Shown here: piece by piece, positions 1-22,105 of the stretch | How the letters are laid out: each line of letters starts with the position of its first letter | How positions within the stretch are numbered: position 1 is the first letter of the stretch | Assembly: GCF_009914755.1 (NCBI RefSeq) | Contig: NC_060934.1 | From: the human T2T-CHM13v2.0 reference genome, Homo sapiens | Length of the DNA stretch: 64,000 nt | Direction: 5' to 3' (one strand) | Translations under genes and position numbers: made by a program | Notes under the pieces: model-generated | Seen by the model: only the letters and a program-made list of their open reading frames with translations | Told to the model about the DNA's origin: nothing | The model's database searches: none

Positions 1-99
1 ATAGTTTAATGGCTCCTACACCCATGTGAATTTAGTTTTCCATTTTATTATTTGTTTTTATACATAGTATAAGGTTTGGCATTGTTCAATAGTGGGAAT

Positions 100-285
100 A
101 ACATGAGTTTTGTAGCTTCTCAGGCTGGGTTTGAATTCTAGCTCCGTAACATACAAACTGTACAATCCTAGAAAATTTATTTAACCTCTCTGTGCTTATT
201 TTCTCATCTGTAAAACTGGGTGATAAAGAAGCTACCTTATGAAGTTGTAAAGATATGTATGAAAGCATTTAAAAAGTAATTCTAT
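100..285 (+). mobile_element. MIR SINE remnant
   Basis: ctgggtttgaattctagctc...aacctctctgtgctt...catctgtaaaactgg MIR core. Confidence 0.75.
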
Positions 286-999
286 ATCTTAGGAAGTTCA
301 GTACATGTTATGACAATGTATGTAGATGAGCAGTTTAGTTGTGGAGGAAGGTATCATGGGGCAGGAACATTACTCTTAGCAACTGATGGCACACATTTTA
401 AAAATCCAAAATGTGTTATACATGCAGAAGACTATAATCAACATTTTATACATTTTAATAATAAAATTAAAACCCAAGAACTCAGCAATCAAGAGCACTA
501 CTGGCACTATAAAAGCCCCAGGGAACCCACCCCAATCACTTTGCCCTACCCTTCTGTCCAGAGGTTAACTATTGTTCCCTTTTTTATAGTTCCCTCTGTG
601 TGAATGAGTCCTGAGAAGCAAAGGACACCTCTTGGGACATGTGGCAGAGCTGCAGTTGAGACTATTAGATGTCTGTCAGAAAGACTCCTCCAACTGTCAA
701 GAGTACTATAGGTTCAATCTGTGAGGTGACCTGAGTGTCCTCAGCTGAGTCAGCAGAGAAAGAGGAGAGCAGGGACTTCATGACCCCGCTGGCAAGCCAG
801 GAATAAGAAGTAGGCTCATCTGTACATTCTGTCTTCAGTTAAAAAAGAGTACAAAGGCAGTCAGGGTCTTGGTGATGACAAGTATCAACATTGCTAAATT
901 TCAGGCCACTCAGTTCCAGTCTGTATGGAGTGCAGCTGCCACCTCAGGCCGCTGTGATTCCTGTTCCTTTGAATCAGATGTCTCTCTACCTCTGTCTCT

Positions 1000-1650
1000 G
1001 TCTCTCTCGAAGCTTGTTGAGCCATCTCTTATCTTGGAAGTTTTGAAATTGCACAGTGTTGTGCCTTGGTGTGAGGTTTGTATTCATCCCTTGTGCTATA
1101 TACTCGGTCTAGCAGCTTCATGTCCTTAAATTCCAGAAAATTTTCTTGAATTATTTTGTTGATGATTTTCTCTCCTCTGTATTTTCTATCCTTTCTTTCT
1201 GGATCTCCTGTTATTCAAAAGCCAGACTTTCTGGACTCCTAATTTTCTTTTTTACTTGTATTTCTCTTCTCTTTTGCTTTATGATTTAGGGAATATTCTC
1301 AAAACTCTTCTATTGAGTATCTTACTTCTGCTGTTATGCCTTTAATTGTGAAGAATTATTTCCCCTCTGAATCTTTCTTTTTTATAGTACCCTTTTATTT
1401 CATGGTTATACTATCTTTTATTCCTCTGAGAAAGCTAGTAATAAGTTTAAAAATTTTTTTCTTCTCCCTGCATGGTGTCTGATTCTTCCACGTTGCTTTT
1501 GTCTGTTTGTTTTGGTCTCTGTCCTCCATATTGGAGGCTGTCATCAGAAGTTTGGTAGTCTTTGATTTTCTGCTCATGGTTAATGAGGGAACCAAGATGG
1601 ATGATTGGAAGGTGAGGCATAAATAAGATTTGTTAACCATAAGCTTTATT
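1000..1650 (-). mobile_element. Ancient L1M fragment (ORF1 region)
   Basis: T-rich degenerate L1-like sequence; boundaries approximate. Confidence 0.45.
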
Positions 1651-2434
1651 ATGAGGCGATTTGGGTAGCCTGTTGATTGAGGAACCCTGATGTCCGTGTC
1701 TTTAGTTATTTCTTCTTAGCCTAATCAGATTCCCCACGAAAGTGTCTTCCAGTCTTCTGTCTGAGGGAGGGGCAGGGTAAGTATTCTGTTTGTGGGGAGA
1801 AGGAGATTGGGAGTCTCTCTTGATTGGTCAATCACTTAGTATTCAGTAATTAGTTGTTTACTGCCACTATGTCTTGGTATAGTTTTTATAACCTCATCTG
1901 TGTCTGGCATTCCCTAGTCCAAAGCACCTCTTTTTTACCCTCTCCAAATAATAGGAATTTCCAGACTTTTGCTTGAGTAGGGATGGAGGAGGGATAGTCA
2001 TGTAGTGGCAAGGAAGAGATCTAGGGAGCTAACTTTTTATTCAGTTTTTACCATAGTTCTTATTTTTGCCTTCCCCGTTATATTCCCAGTTCCTGATTCT
2101 GTGCCCTTTAAGAATTCTGCAGTATAAATCAGTTACTTTGTGATTTCCTTATTGGGGCTTGGTATTTAGCTGTCTCAGGTCTACTAAACCAGTTTTCACT
2201 GACATCTCTGCTTCTTTTTACCTTTGAGGCTATGGCTATTTCACCTGTTCTGTTTGTCCTTATAGACTTATATCTTTAAAACAACAACAGAACCTTTTAC
2301 TGTAGTTAAAGTGGAATTTCGGGAGGAATTAAAATATGCTCAGTCTGACATCTTAACCTGAAAAACCTCCCTTTGTTTCTTTAACAGATAAGGAGTATGA
2401 GATTCTGAGAGATTACGTGATTTCTGTTTATACA

Positions 2435-2920
2435 TGTTCCAGTATCTATTGAATATATAATAATAAACCTCCCCTAAACTTAGTGGCTTAAAATACCAGC
2501 AATGTTTATTTTATTCACAAATATGTAATTTGTGTGGAGATCAGTGGGGAAAGCTCATCTTGGTTCTCCTGAGCATTAGCTGAGGGGGCTTGAATACTGA
2601 GAGCTGGAATCACCTGAAGGCTTGATCATTCCCATGCCTGATGATTGATGCTGGTTGTAGGCTTGGACCTTAGATGAAACACCTACATATGGCCTTTTTC
2701 AGGTGGCTCTTGGCATCCTCACAGCATGGTGACGGAATTCCAAAGACAAACATCTCAAAAGAGAGAGCCAAGCACAAATGTTATTGCCTTTTAATAACCT
2801 ACTCATGCAGCTTCACTTCTGCCACTTTTGTTGATTAGCAAGGAGTCATTAAGCCTGGCTTATATTCAAAGGGAGGCGAATTAGACTCCATCCTTTGTTG
2901 GGGGGAGTATAAAATAATGT
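2435..2920. mobile_element. MLT1-family (MaLR) solo LTR
   Basis: aaacttagtggcttaaa...ggaatcacctgaaggcttga...cacagcatgg...attcaaagggagg motifs. Confidence 0.7.
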
Positions 2921-3445
2921 ACAGACATAATGTAGATCCAGAAAAAGAAGACAAGTTTGGTTGGATGGTTGTTCTTTTTTTTTTTTTTTTTTTGGTTGTT
3001 TTGTTTTTTTTGTTGTTTTCAGATATTTTCTTATACTGTGTTTAAGGTAGAAATTCATAATTAAAAATCAGTTTTTTATAATAGATGACATATACATTGT
3101 AAGTTTCCATACTTCCTGAATTTCTCTATTACAGGCCGTTATCTAGGTCACACTATTAGAGAATTTTAAAACTTTTTGGTAGGTTTATGAGTCTTTTCCA
3201 TTTTGTTCTTGAATAGTTGTAGAGATGAAAGTGATCTAAGAAATGATATAAACTAGTGGTTTTAAACTTATTTTTGTTCTTGTTTTTGATTGTGACAAAA
3301 CACTTTTTTTAAAAAAACAATTTATTAGAGCATAATTATATTAAGCAGAGTTGCTGTGAGTAAACCTATTCATTCAGCACCATTCCCCTCAGGTAGACCT
3401 TGAAGTTCTTTTTTGAAACCTTAGGAACAACTGACTTAAGCCATC

Positions 3446-6400
3446 TTTTTTTTTTTCTTTAAGTTCTGGGATACATGTGCAGAACGTGCAAGTTTGTTTC
3501 ATAGGTATACACGTGCAATGGTGGTTGCCTGCACCCATCAACCCGTCATCTACATTAAGTATTTCTCCTAATGCTATCCCTTCCCTAGTCCCCCACTCAC
3601 TGACAGGTCCTGGTGTGTGATGTTCCCCTTTCTGTGTCCATGTGTTCTCATTGTTCAACTGCCACTTACGAGTGAGAACATGCAGTGTTTGGTTTTCTAT
3701 TCCTATGTTAGTTTGCTGAGAATGATGGTTTCCAGCTTCATCCATGCCCTGCAAAGGACATGAACTCATCCCTCTTTATGGCTGCATAGTATTCCATGGT
3801 GCATATGTGCCATATTTTCTTTATCCAGTCCATCATTGATGGGCATTTGGGTTGGTTCCCAGTCTTTGCTATTGCGAACAGTGCTGTAATAAACATGTGT
3901 GTGTGTCTTGATAGTAGAATGATTTATCTTCCTTTGGGTATATACCCATTAATGGGATTGCTGGGTCACATGGTATTTCTGGTTGTAGATCCTTGAGGAA
4001 TCGCCACACTGTCTTCCACAATGGTTTAACTAATTTACACTCCCACCAACAGTGTAAAAGCGTTCCTGTTTCTCCACATCCTCTCCAGCATTTGTTGTTT
4101 CCTGACTTTTTACTGATCGCCATTCTAACTGGCATGAGATGGTATCTCATTGTGGTTTTGATTTGCATTTCTCTAATGACGAGTGATGATGAGCTTTTTT
4201 TCATATGTTTGTTGGCTACATAAATGTCTTCTTTTAAGAGGTGTCTGTTCATATCCTTTGCCCACTTTTTGATGGAGTAGGTTGATTTTTCTTGCAAATT
4301 TGTTGAAGTTCCTTGTAGATTTTGGATATTAGCCCTTTGTCAGATGGATAGATTGCAAACATTTTCTCCATTCTGTAGGTTGCCTCTTCACTCTGATGAT
4401 AGTTTCTTTTGCTGTGCAGGAGCTGTTTAGTTTAATTAGATGCCATTTGTCAATTTTGGCTTTTGTTACCATTGCTTTTGATGTTTTAGTCATCAAGTCT
4501 GTGCCCACGCCTATGTCCTGAATGGTATTGCCTAGGTTTTCTTCTAGGGTTTTTATGGTTTTAGGTTTAATCCTTAAGTCTTTAATTCATCTTGAGTTAA
4601 TTTTTGTATGAGGTGTAAGGAAGGATTCCAGTTTCAGTTTTCTGCATATGGCTAGCCAGTTTTCCCAGCACCATTTATTAAATAGGGAATCCTTTCCCCA
4701 TTGATTGTTTTTGTCAGATTTGTCAAAGATCAGATTATTGTAGATGTGTGGCATTATTTCTGAGACCTTTATCCGGTTCCATTGGTCTATATATATATAT
4801 CTGTTTTGGTACCAGTATCATGCTGTTTTGGTTACTGTAGCCTTGTAGTATAGTTTGCAGTCAGGTAGTGTGATGTCTCCAGCTTTGTTCTTTTTGCTTA
4901 GGATTGTCTTGGCTATACAGGCTCTTTTTGGTTCCACATGAAACGTAAAGTAGTTTTTTCTAATTCTGTGAAGAAAGTCAATGGTAGCTTGATGGGGATA
5001 GCATTGAATCTATAAATTACTTTGGGCAGTATGGCCATTTTCACAATATTGATTCTTCCTATCCATGAGGATGGAATGTTTTTCCCTTTGTTTGTGTCCT
5101 CTCTTCTTTCCTTGAGCAGTGGTTTGTAGTTCTCCTTGAAGAGGTCCTTCACATCCTTTGTAAGTTGTATTGCTAGGTATTTTATTCTCTTTGTAGCAGT
5201 TATGAATGGGAGTTCACTGATGATTTGGCTCTCTGTTTGTCTATATTTGGTGTATAGGAATGCTTGTGATTTTTGCACACTGATTTTGTATCCTGAGACT
5301 TTGCTGAAGTTGCATATCAGCTTAAGGAGATTCTGGGCTGAGATGATGGGGTTTTCCAAATATATAATCATGTCATCTGCAAACAGAGACAATTTGACTT
5401 CCTCTCTTCCTATTTAAATGCCCTTTCTTTCTCTTGCCTGACTGCCCTGGCCAAAATTTCCAATAATATGTTGAATAAGAGTAGTGAGAGAGAGCATCCT
5501 TGTCTTGTGTCAGTTTTAAAAGGGAATGCTTCCAGCTTTTGCCCATTCAGTATGATATTAGCTGCGGCTTTGTCATAAATAGCTCTTATTAAGAGAAACA
5601 TCCCATCAATACCTAGTTTATTGAGAGTTTTTAGCATGAATGGGGTGTTGAATTTTATTGAAGGACTTTTCGGTAGTTATTGAGAAAATTGTGTGGTTTT
5701 TGTCATCGGTTCTTTTTAAGTGATAGGTTACATTTATTGACTTGTGTATGTTCAACTAGCCCTGCATTCCAGGGATGAAGCCAACTTGATTGTGGTGGAT
5801 AAGCTTTTTGATGTGCTGCTACATTTGGTTTGCCAGTATTTTACTGAGGATTTTCATATCCATGTTCATCAGGGATATTGGCCTGAAATTTTCTTTTTTT
5901 GTTGTGTCTCCGCCAGGTTTTGGTATCAGGATGATGCTGACCTCATAAAGTGAGTTAGGGAGGAGTTCCTCTTTTTCTGTTGTTTAGAATAGTTTCAGGT
6001 GGAATGGTAACAGCTCCTCTTTGTATCTCTGGTAGAATTCACCTGTCAATCTGTCTGGTCCTGGGCTTTTTTTGGTTGGTAGGCTATTAATTACTGCCTC
6101 CATTTCAGAACTTGTTATTGGTCTATTCAGAGATTCGACTTCTTCCTGGTTTAGTCTTGGGAGTGTGTATGTGTCCAGGAATTTATCCATTTCTTCTAGA
6201 TTTTCTAGTTTATTTGCATAGAGGTGTTCATAGTATTCTCTGATGGTAGTTTGTATTTCTGTGGGATCAGTGGTGATATCCCCTTTATCGTTTTTTATTG
6301 TGTCTATTTGATTCTTCTCTCTTTTCTTCTTTATTCGTCTGGCTAGTGGTCTATCTAGTTTGTTAACCTTTACAAAAAACCAGCTCCTGGACTCATTGAT

Positions 6401-9391
6401 ATTTTTGAAGGGTTTTTCATGTCTCTATCTCCTTCAGTTCTGCTCTAAACTTAGTTATTTGTCTTCTGCTAGCTTTTGAACTTGTTTGCTCTTGCTTCCC
6501 TAGTTCTTTTAATTATGATGTTAGGGTGTCAATCTTAGATCTTTCCCACTTTCTCCTGTGGGCATTTGGTGCTATAAATTTCCCTCTGAACACTGCTTTA
6601 GCTGTGTCCCAGAGATTCTGGTACGTTGTGTCTTTGTTCTCGTTGGTTTCAAATAACTTACTTATTTCTGCCTTAATTTCGTTAGGTACCCAGTAGTCAT
6701 TCAGGAGCAGGTTGTTCAGTTTCCATGTAGTTGTGCGAGTTTCTGAATCCTGAGTTCTAATTTGATTGCACTGTGGTCTGAGAGACTGTTTATTATGATT
6801 TCCATTCTTTTGCATTTGCTGAGGAGTGTTTTACTTCCAATTATGTGGTCAATTTTAGAATAAGTGCAGTGTGGTGCTGAGAAGAATTTATATTCTTTTG
6901 ATTTGGGGTGGAGAGTTCTGTAGATGTCTATTAGGTCTGCTTGGTCCAGAGTTGAGTTCAGGTCCTGAATATCCTTGTTAATTTTCTGCCTTGTTGATCT
7001 AATATTGACAGTGTGATGTTAAAGTCTCCCACTATCATTGTGTGGGAGTCTAAGTCTCTTTGTAGGTCTCTAAGAATTGCTTTATGACTCTGGGTACTCC
7101 TGTATTGGGTGCATATGTATTTAGGATAGTTAATTCTTCTTGTTGCATTGATCCCTTTACCATTATGTAATGCCCTTCGTCTTTTTGGATCTTTGTTGGT
7201 TTAAAGTCTGTTTCATCAGAGACTAGGATTGCAACCCTTGCTTTTTTTTTTTTTTTTTTTTTCTTTTTTTTTTGCTTTCCATTTGTGTGGGAAATATTCC
7301 TCCATCCCTTTATTTTAGCCTATGTGTGTCTTTGCACATGAGATGGGTCTCCTGAATACAGCACACCAATGGGTCTTGACTCTTTTTCCAATTTGCTAGT
7401 GTGTGTCTTTCAACTGGGGCATTTAGCCCATTTACATTTAAGGTTAATATTGTTATGTGTGAATTTGATCGTGTCATTATGATGCTAGCTGTTTATTTTG
7501 CCCATTGGTTGATGCAGTTTCTTCATAGTGTCAATGGTCTTTACAATTTGGTATGTTTTTGCAGTGGCTGGTACCAGTTTTCCTTTCCATATTTAGTGCT
7601 TCCTTCAGGAGCTCTTGTAAGGCAGGCCTGGTGGTGACAGAATCTCTCAGCATTTGCTTGTCTGTAAAGGATTTTATTTGTCCTTTGCTTAGGAAGCTTA
7701 GTTTGGCTGGATATGAAATTCTGGGCTGAAAATTCTTTTCTTTAAGAATGTTGAATATTGGCCCCCACTCTCTTCTGGCTTGTAGGGTTTCTGCAGAGAG
7801 ATATGCTGTTAGTCTGATGGGCTTCCCTTTGGGGGTAACCTGACCTTTCTCTCTGGCTGCCCTTAACATTTTTTGCTTCATTTCAACCTTGGTGAACCTG
7901 ACAATTATGTGTCTTGGGGTAGCTCTTCTCAAGGAGTATCTTTGTGGTGTTCTCTGTATTTCCTGAATTTGAATGTTGGCCTGTCTTGCTTAGGTTTGCG
8001 GAAGTTCTCCTGGATAATATCCTGAAGGGTGTTTTCCAACTTGGTTCCATTCCTCCCGTCACTTTCAGATACACCAAAAAAACGTAGGTTTGGTCTCTTC
8101 ACATAGTCCCACATTTCTTGGAGGCTTTGTTCGTTCCTTTTCATTCCTTTTTCTCTAATCTTGTCTTCACACTTTATTTCATTATGTTGATCTTCAATCT
8201 CTGATATCCTTTCTTCTGCTTGATCAATTCAGCTATTGATACTTGTGTATGCTTCATGAAGTTCTCATGCTGTTTTTCAGGTCCATCAGGTCATTTATGT
8301 TCTTCTCTAAACTCGTTATTTTGGTTAGCAATTCCTCTAACCTTTTATCAAGGTTCACAGCTTCCTTGCCTTGGGTTAGAACGTGCTCCTTTAGCTCGGA
8401 AGAGTTTCTTATTACCCACCTTCTGAAGCCTACTTCTGTCAATTCGTCAAACTCATTCTCCATCCAGTTTAGTTCCCTTGCTAGTGAGGAGTTGTGATCC
8501 TTTGGAGGGGAAGAGGCGTTCTGGTTTTTGGAATTTTCAGCCTTTTTGCACTGGTTTTTCTTCATCTTCGTGGATTTATCTATGTTTGGTCTTTGAGGCT
8601 GGTGACCTTTGGATGGGGTTTTTGTGTGGACATCCTTTTTGTTGATGTTGATGCTATTCCTTTCTGTTTGTTAGTTTTCCTTCTAACAGTTAGAAGGAAA
8701 GGTCTGCTGGAGTTTGCTGGAGGTCCACTCCAGACCCTGTTTGCCTGGGTATGGCACAGCAGAGGCTGCAGAACAGCAAAGGTTGCTGCCTGTTCCTTCC
8801 TCTGGAAGCTTTGTCCCAGAGGGGCACCTGCCAGATGCCAGCTGGAGCTCTCCTGTATGTGGTGTTGGTCAACCCCTGCTGGGAGGTATCTCCCAGTCAG
8901 GACACATGGGTGTCAGGGACCCACTTGAGGAGGCAGTCTGTCACTGGTGTTCTAGGCGCCACTGGGTTATAAAAAAAAAAATTCCTGCAGCAAGTTCGGT
9001 GTCTGCTCAAATGGCCACCCAGTTTTGTGCTTGAATCCCAGGGCCCTGGTGGCATAGGCACCCAAGAGAATCTCCTTGTCTGTAGGTTGTAAAGACCATG
9101 GAAAAAGTGTAGTATCTGGGCCGGAGTGCACCGTTCCTCAGGGCACAGTCTCTCACGACTTCCCTTGGCTAGGGGAGGGATTTCTCTGATCCCTTGTGCT
9201 TCCCGGATGTGGCAAAGCCTCACCTTGCTTCAGCTTGCCCCCCACAGTCTGCACCCACTGTCTAACCAGTCCCAGTGAGATGAGCTGGGTACCTCAGTTG
9301 GAAATGCAGAAATCACCTGCCTTCTGCGTTGATCTCACTGGGAGCTGCAGACCGGAGCTGTTCCTATTCGGCTGACTTGCCAGCCACTCCC
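3446..9391 (-). mobile_element. L1PA7/8-type LINE-1 (copy A): near full length, internal 5'UTR deletion at 8942/8943, inactive
   Basis: poly(T) from 3446; ORF2 and ORF1 fragments in the ORF track; L1 5' end (gccgaataggaacagctccggtctgcagctcccag on the - strand) near 9335-9391; many stops and frameshifts. Confidence 0.93.
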
Positions 9392-11199
9392 TCTTCTTTC
9401 ATTGTATAATGTCTAAACTGAGGCCCAGGGACTTTAATTGCTTATCTAAAGTTAAAAATTTCACAACCCAGCCAGCAATATGACCCAGTCCCATACTTCT
9501 AAGACTGCTTTTTCATTACTTATTACTTATTTAATTAAAAATTATTTATATTGAAACTCAAGGCACAGCATTTTGCAAGAGCGTGTAACCAGCAGCAAAC
9601 TTTTTTATATCACTATTTCCTCTCTAGTGGCAGAGGGATAAGGAAGGGAAGCCCAGGTTCTTCCTACTGAACCTCCAATCTTCATAGACTCTTCTTTACC
9701 TCCAATACTGCTGTTGCCATCTGTGCTGGCTAGCCAGGAACAGTTATCAATCCCCTAATCATGTGGCCAATTCAAAATGTCAGTCTTTGTTTTGTCGGGT
9801 GTAGTTGTAGAAAGCTGCATTTTCCAAGTTTCCAACGAGAGTTGTGACGTCTGTGAAAACAGTGAGCTAGCAAAATTTGGCTGATAATCTCACACCCTTA
9901 CACATAGTTATATTCTGATCTTTACATTTTTGAATATACTGCCAACCCCTACCACAGCCCTTATTCTTCTTACATTGGCTTCTAGTGTTTTACTTAATGT
10001 TTCTAAGCAACCAGCTAAAATTGGCAACAGTATATTAAAAGAAAGGGAAAACGATTACTGCTTATCAGTTCAGCACAGTGTTCATAAGTTCGCTGAATGA
10101 ACCCTAAATGATAGATTTTCACTGATAAATATATTTTGGCTTTTTTCACTGTATTATGATATTCTGTATTGCAGAAAAAGTTGCATATGATAGAACAAAG
10201 ATTTGCCTCTATTTATAATGTCAGTTTGAGGTCTAATTAATCCCTCATCACCATGGTTATTGATTTTCTCTTTTTGAATTATATTTTAAGAATCATCTGT
10301 GAGAACAGGCAGAAAGCCTGTCTCTGGAAACAATGCCTTGATATTCAGGGACTTGAGAACAGCTGCAGTCTGTTATTTTTCTTTTCTTAATAGCTGAATG
10401 TCGCATCCTGTAGTTTGGTTTTCATTCACTAATCTGAGCAAAGGATTCTGCCTTTCTTTCTAATTCAAGTTCCATTAACATAGTGTGTTAACATTCTGCA
10501 TGACTCTTCAGTTTAAGTTACCTTTTCAACTAAAAATAAATCCCATCTGGGCTTCTGGTTTCTAAACTTACCCTATAATCCTCTTGGCCTTGGCATTACT
10601 ATTTCTCTTATGTAAGAATCTCTCCACTCTCAGGCTCTGCCAAAATCCAGTTCTTTTACTAATTCAAATTTCACTCTTCCACCTCAACATGGTATTAATA
10701 AAATGAGTGGATATAAAACTGTGTATATATGCTCTGTGTGTGAATAAGTTAATTTATATTTGAATGAATCTGTTTGTATTTAATTGTAGGTGTTTATAGC
10801 CAGGTTGGGAAAAAGTGTGTGGGAAGGGATAAGAAAGGGTAAGTAAGCCTGGTAAAGAGGAAGAAAAACTCTATAGGAGCCACAAAAAATAATAGTAATA
10901 AGACTGGTGTTGAAGAGAGGAGATGACTATCATTTATTTATTTTCTGCTGCTGAGATGCCCTTTTCTTTCCCTTTCATAAAGATTACCAAATATAATCTA
11001 TAAGAAGCCATTTGTGGAGATACCTAATTTTACTTATTTGTAAATTGAACCTCTGTCCAATTAGTGTTTGCAGTAGAAATTACTAGACATTGGATGTTGC
11101 CATATTTAATAAAGGATATAAAATTGTAACACTGAAGTAGATTTAATAAACTCTTCTGTGTCATCAGCACCATTGTTCTCTCATTTAAAACCATGGAAG

Positions 11200-11271
11200 A
11201 GTGTTTCGTAGTATTTTGTGCAGACTAGCAACATCAGCATCATCTGGGAACATCTAGAAATACAAATTCTT
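11200..11271 (+). mobile_element. MER5A (hAT-Charlie) left half, split by L1 copy B
   Basis: actagcaacatcagcatcatctgggaac..tagaaatacaaattct continues collinearly at 16889-17010. Confidence 0.75.
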
Positions 11272-16888
<5,617 letters not shown>

Positions 16889-17010
16889 ATACAAATTCTT
16901 GTGCCCCACTCCAGACCTACTGAATCACAAAGTTTGGGGACAGCCCAGTAGTCCATGTTTTAACAAGTTTTCCAGGTTATTCTGATTTACAGTAAAGTTT
17001 GGAAACCATT
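16889..17010 (+). mobile_element. MER5A right half
   Basis: gccccactccagacctactgaatcac...ttttaacaag...aaagtttggaaaccattg. Confidence 0.8.
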
Positions 17011-17768
17011 GCTGTTGTATAAAAAAATTAGCATGTTTATACTATCTTCTAATATGGAAGTTTAAACCCCCACACTAATGAAATTTATCTTTGCTTATTA
17101 AAGTTGATGGTAGAGCCAAGGATAGATGCTTGAATAGGAGGGTAGGTAAAGAAGGAAGGAAGACCTTATTAGCTATGTTACTTCTGTGACTATTGATATG
17201 CCTGTGTTTGCATAGTTGAAAATATATCCTGATTACATTACAGTAGAATTAAATTCTATATATGTATATTTCATTATTATAGACCTTAAAATCTATAAGA
17301 TATTAATCATTCTGTTGTTTTAGAAGGATTAATACTTGAGAAAATACAACAATCAAAGTAAAAAGCTTTGTAGATGAGCTCAACAACAGAATGGAGGGGA
17401 TAGGAATCAATGAACTGGAAGACAGAACAATAGAAATTATCCAGTCTTAACAATAGAAAATAGACTGAAAAATCAACAGAATCTCAGGGACCTCAGATAC
17501 TATAACAAAAGGTGTTACAGTCCTATTATCAGAGTCCCAGAAGGAGAGGAAAAGACAGTAGGGCTAAAAAAGTAACCAAGTTATGACTGAAAATTTTCTA
17601 CATTTGGTGAAAGACATAAACCTGCAGATTCAAGAAGCTAAACAAACCTCATTCAGAAGAAATCCAAAGAAATCCACAGCAAGAAACATCATAATTAAAC
17701 TTGTCAAAACTGAAGACCAACAAAAAGATCTTGAAAGCAGCCAGGAAAAAATGACACATTAAAGAAAA

Positions 17769-18078
17769 TGCTGCAGTTTGAGTATTTATTTCCACCAAAA
17801 TTCATGTTGAAATATAATCCCCAGTGTAGCAGTGTTGAGAGGTCGGACCTTTAAGAGGTAATTGAGTCATGAGGGCTCTGCTCTTTTGAATAGATTAATC
17901 CATTCATGGGTTAATGGATTCATGGGTTATCATGGGAATAGGACTGGTGGCTTTATAAGAAGAGGAGGAGATATTTGAGCTAGCATACTCAGCCCCCTCA
18001 CCATGTGATGCCCTGCACCCCCTCAGGACTTTGCAGAGTCCCTGTTAGCAAGAAGGCCTTCACCAGATGCAGCACCTC
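17769..18078 (+). mobile_element. MST-family (MaLR) LTR fragment
   Basis: tgc..agtttga...aaaattcatgttgaaat..aatccccagtg...gcaagaaggccttcaccagatgc. Confidence 0.75.
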
Positions 18079-18504
18079 AAAAAAAAAGGCATTGAAATAA
18101 CAGATTTCTCATCAGTAACCATGGAGGCCACCAGAAGGATATGCCACTAAATTTTTCAAATGCTAAAAGGACTGTCAATGCAGAATCCTATACCTGATGA
18201 AAATATTTTTCAGGAATGGAGGGAAGGGAAATCAAGACATTTTCAGATGAAGAAAAACTAAGAATTTGTTGCCACTACATTTACTCTAAAAGAATAAAGG
18301 AGTTCTCTAAACAGAAAGGAAACAAAAGAAGGAAACTTGAGATGTGAGGAAAGGGGAAAGAAGGTGATAAACAGAAGTATTGATAAATACAATAGACTTT
18401 TCTTCTCCTCTTATGTTTTCTAAATTATATTTGGTAGTTGAAACAAAAATTATAACACCAGCGTGGTTCTAAATGTATGTAAAGGAAATACTTAAGAAAA
18501 TTAT

Positions 18505-18800
18505 GGCCGAGTGCAGTGACTCACACCTGTAATCCCAGTGTTTTGGGAGGCCAAGACAGGAGGATGGCCTGAGGCCAAGAGTTTGAGACCAGCTTGGGGA
18601 ACGTAGCGAGACTTTGTCTCCATAAAAAATTTAAAAATTAGTCAGGCTTTTGGTGCATGCCTGTAGTCCTAGCTACTCAGGAGGCTGACATGGGAAAATC
18701 ACTTGAGCCCAGATGTTTGAGGCTGCAGTTAGCTATGGTCACACCACCACACCCCATCCTGAGTGAAAGAGCAAGACCCTGTCACACACACAAAAAGAAA
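18505..18800 (+). mobile_element. AluJ
   Basis: Diverged dimeric Alu with J-type features (ttgagcccag, ggctgcagt, agctatg). Confidence 0.85.
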
Positions 18801-19929
18801 ATTATAAACAGGGGATGGTAAGGGAGGTAGGATTTCTGCCCTTCATTCCAACTGGTAAAATGACGATATGAGTAGCATGTGATAAATTAGTATATGTAAT
18901 GTAATATCTAGAGAAACCTCTCAGAAACACTATATATAAATCAAAAGAGAATTCTAAAACATGTTTAACCTGCAGAAAGGCAGGGAAAATAACAGAAATG
19001 ATAAGCAGAGAGAGCACATAGAAAATAAAATCACAGACTTAAGTTCTACCTTATTAAAAATTACATTAAATGTAAATGGTCTAAATAAAAGATATTGTCA
19101 GAGTAAACCAAAAACATGACCCAACTGTTTTCTATTTATAAGAAATTTGCTTCAAATATAACAGTATAAGCAAGTTGGAAGTAAATGGATAGAGGAAGAC
19201 ATTTTATGCAAACATCAATTGAAGGAAACAGAAATGACTGCATTAATATCAGATAAAGTGGACTTAGAACAAAGAAAACTCATGGAGACAGAGGGGAACA
19301 TTATATAATGATAAAAGGGATAATCACCCAAAATATATAGTCATCACAAGTGTGTACGCACCAAACAGCAGAGTTGTAAAAACTGCAGGAGAAAAACTGG
19401 TAGACCTGAACCCAGAAACAAAAAAATCCACAATTAGGTATTGAAGTCTCCAACTGTAAGTGTATATTTGATGGAACTAGCTAGAAAATCAACAAGTATG
19501 TAGAATATAGAATACCTCAGTGCCACCATCAACCAACAGCACATTTACAGCACGCTCTACTCAACAACAGAATACACGTGGCATTTCAAGTGCCAGTGGG
19601 ACATACAGCAAAATGGATCATATTCTGGGCCATAAAACAACTGAAATTTTGAAGAATTGAGATAATGTAAAGTGTGTTTTCTGACTATAGTCAAATTAGA
19701 AATCAGTAACAGAAAATAACAGGAGCATCTCCAAAATACTTGGAAATTAAACAACTTCCAAATAATTCATTGGTCAAAGATGAAGTCTCAAGGGAGGTTA
19801 AAAAATCGATGAGATGGAATGAAAATAAAAACGTAATACAACATACCAAAAGTTGTGGGATACTGCTACAGCAGTGCTGAGAGGGAAATTTATAGCAGTC
19901 ATGCATACGTTAGAAAGGTGGAAAGTGTC

Positions 19930-22105
<2,176 letters not shown>

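Noticed and set aside
597-1000. Moderately GC-rich segment that might be a retrocopy or LTR
   Set aside because: No recognisable translation, poly(A), TSD or repeat identity; needs BLAST/Dfam.
3428-3445. Possible TSD for L1 copy A (ctgactt..agcca at 3431 vs ~9372)
   Set aside because: The match is imperfect and overlaps the L1 5' terminus, so it cannot be called confidently.
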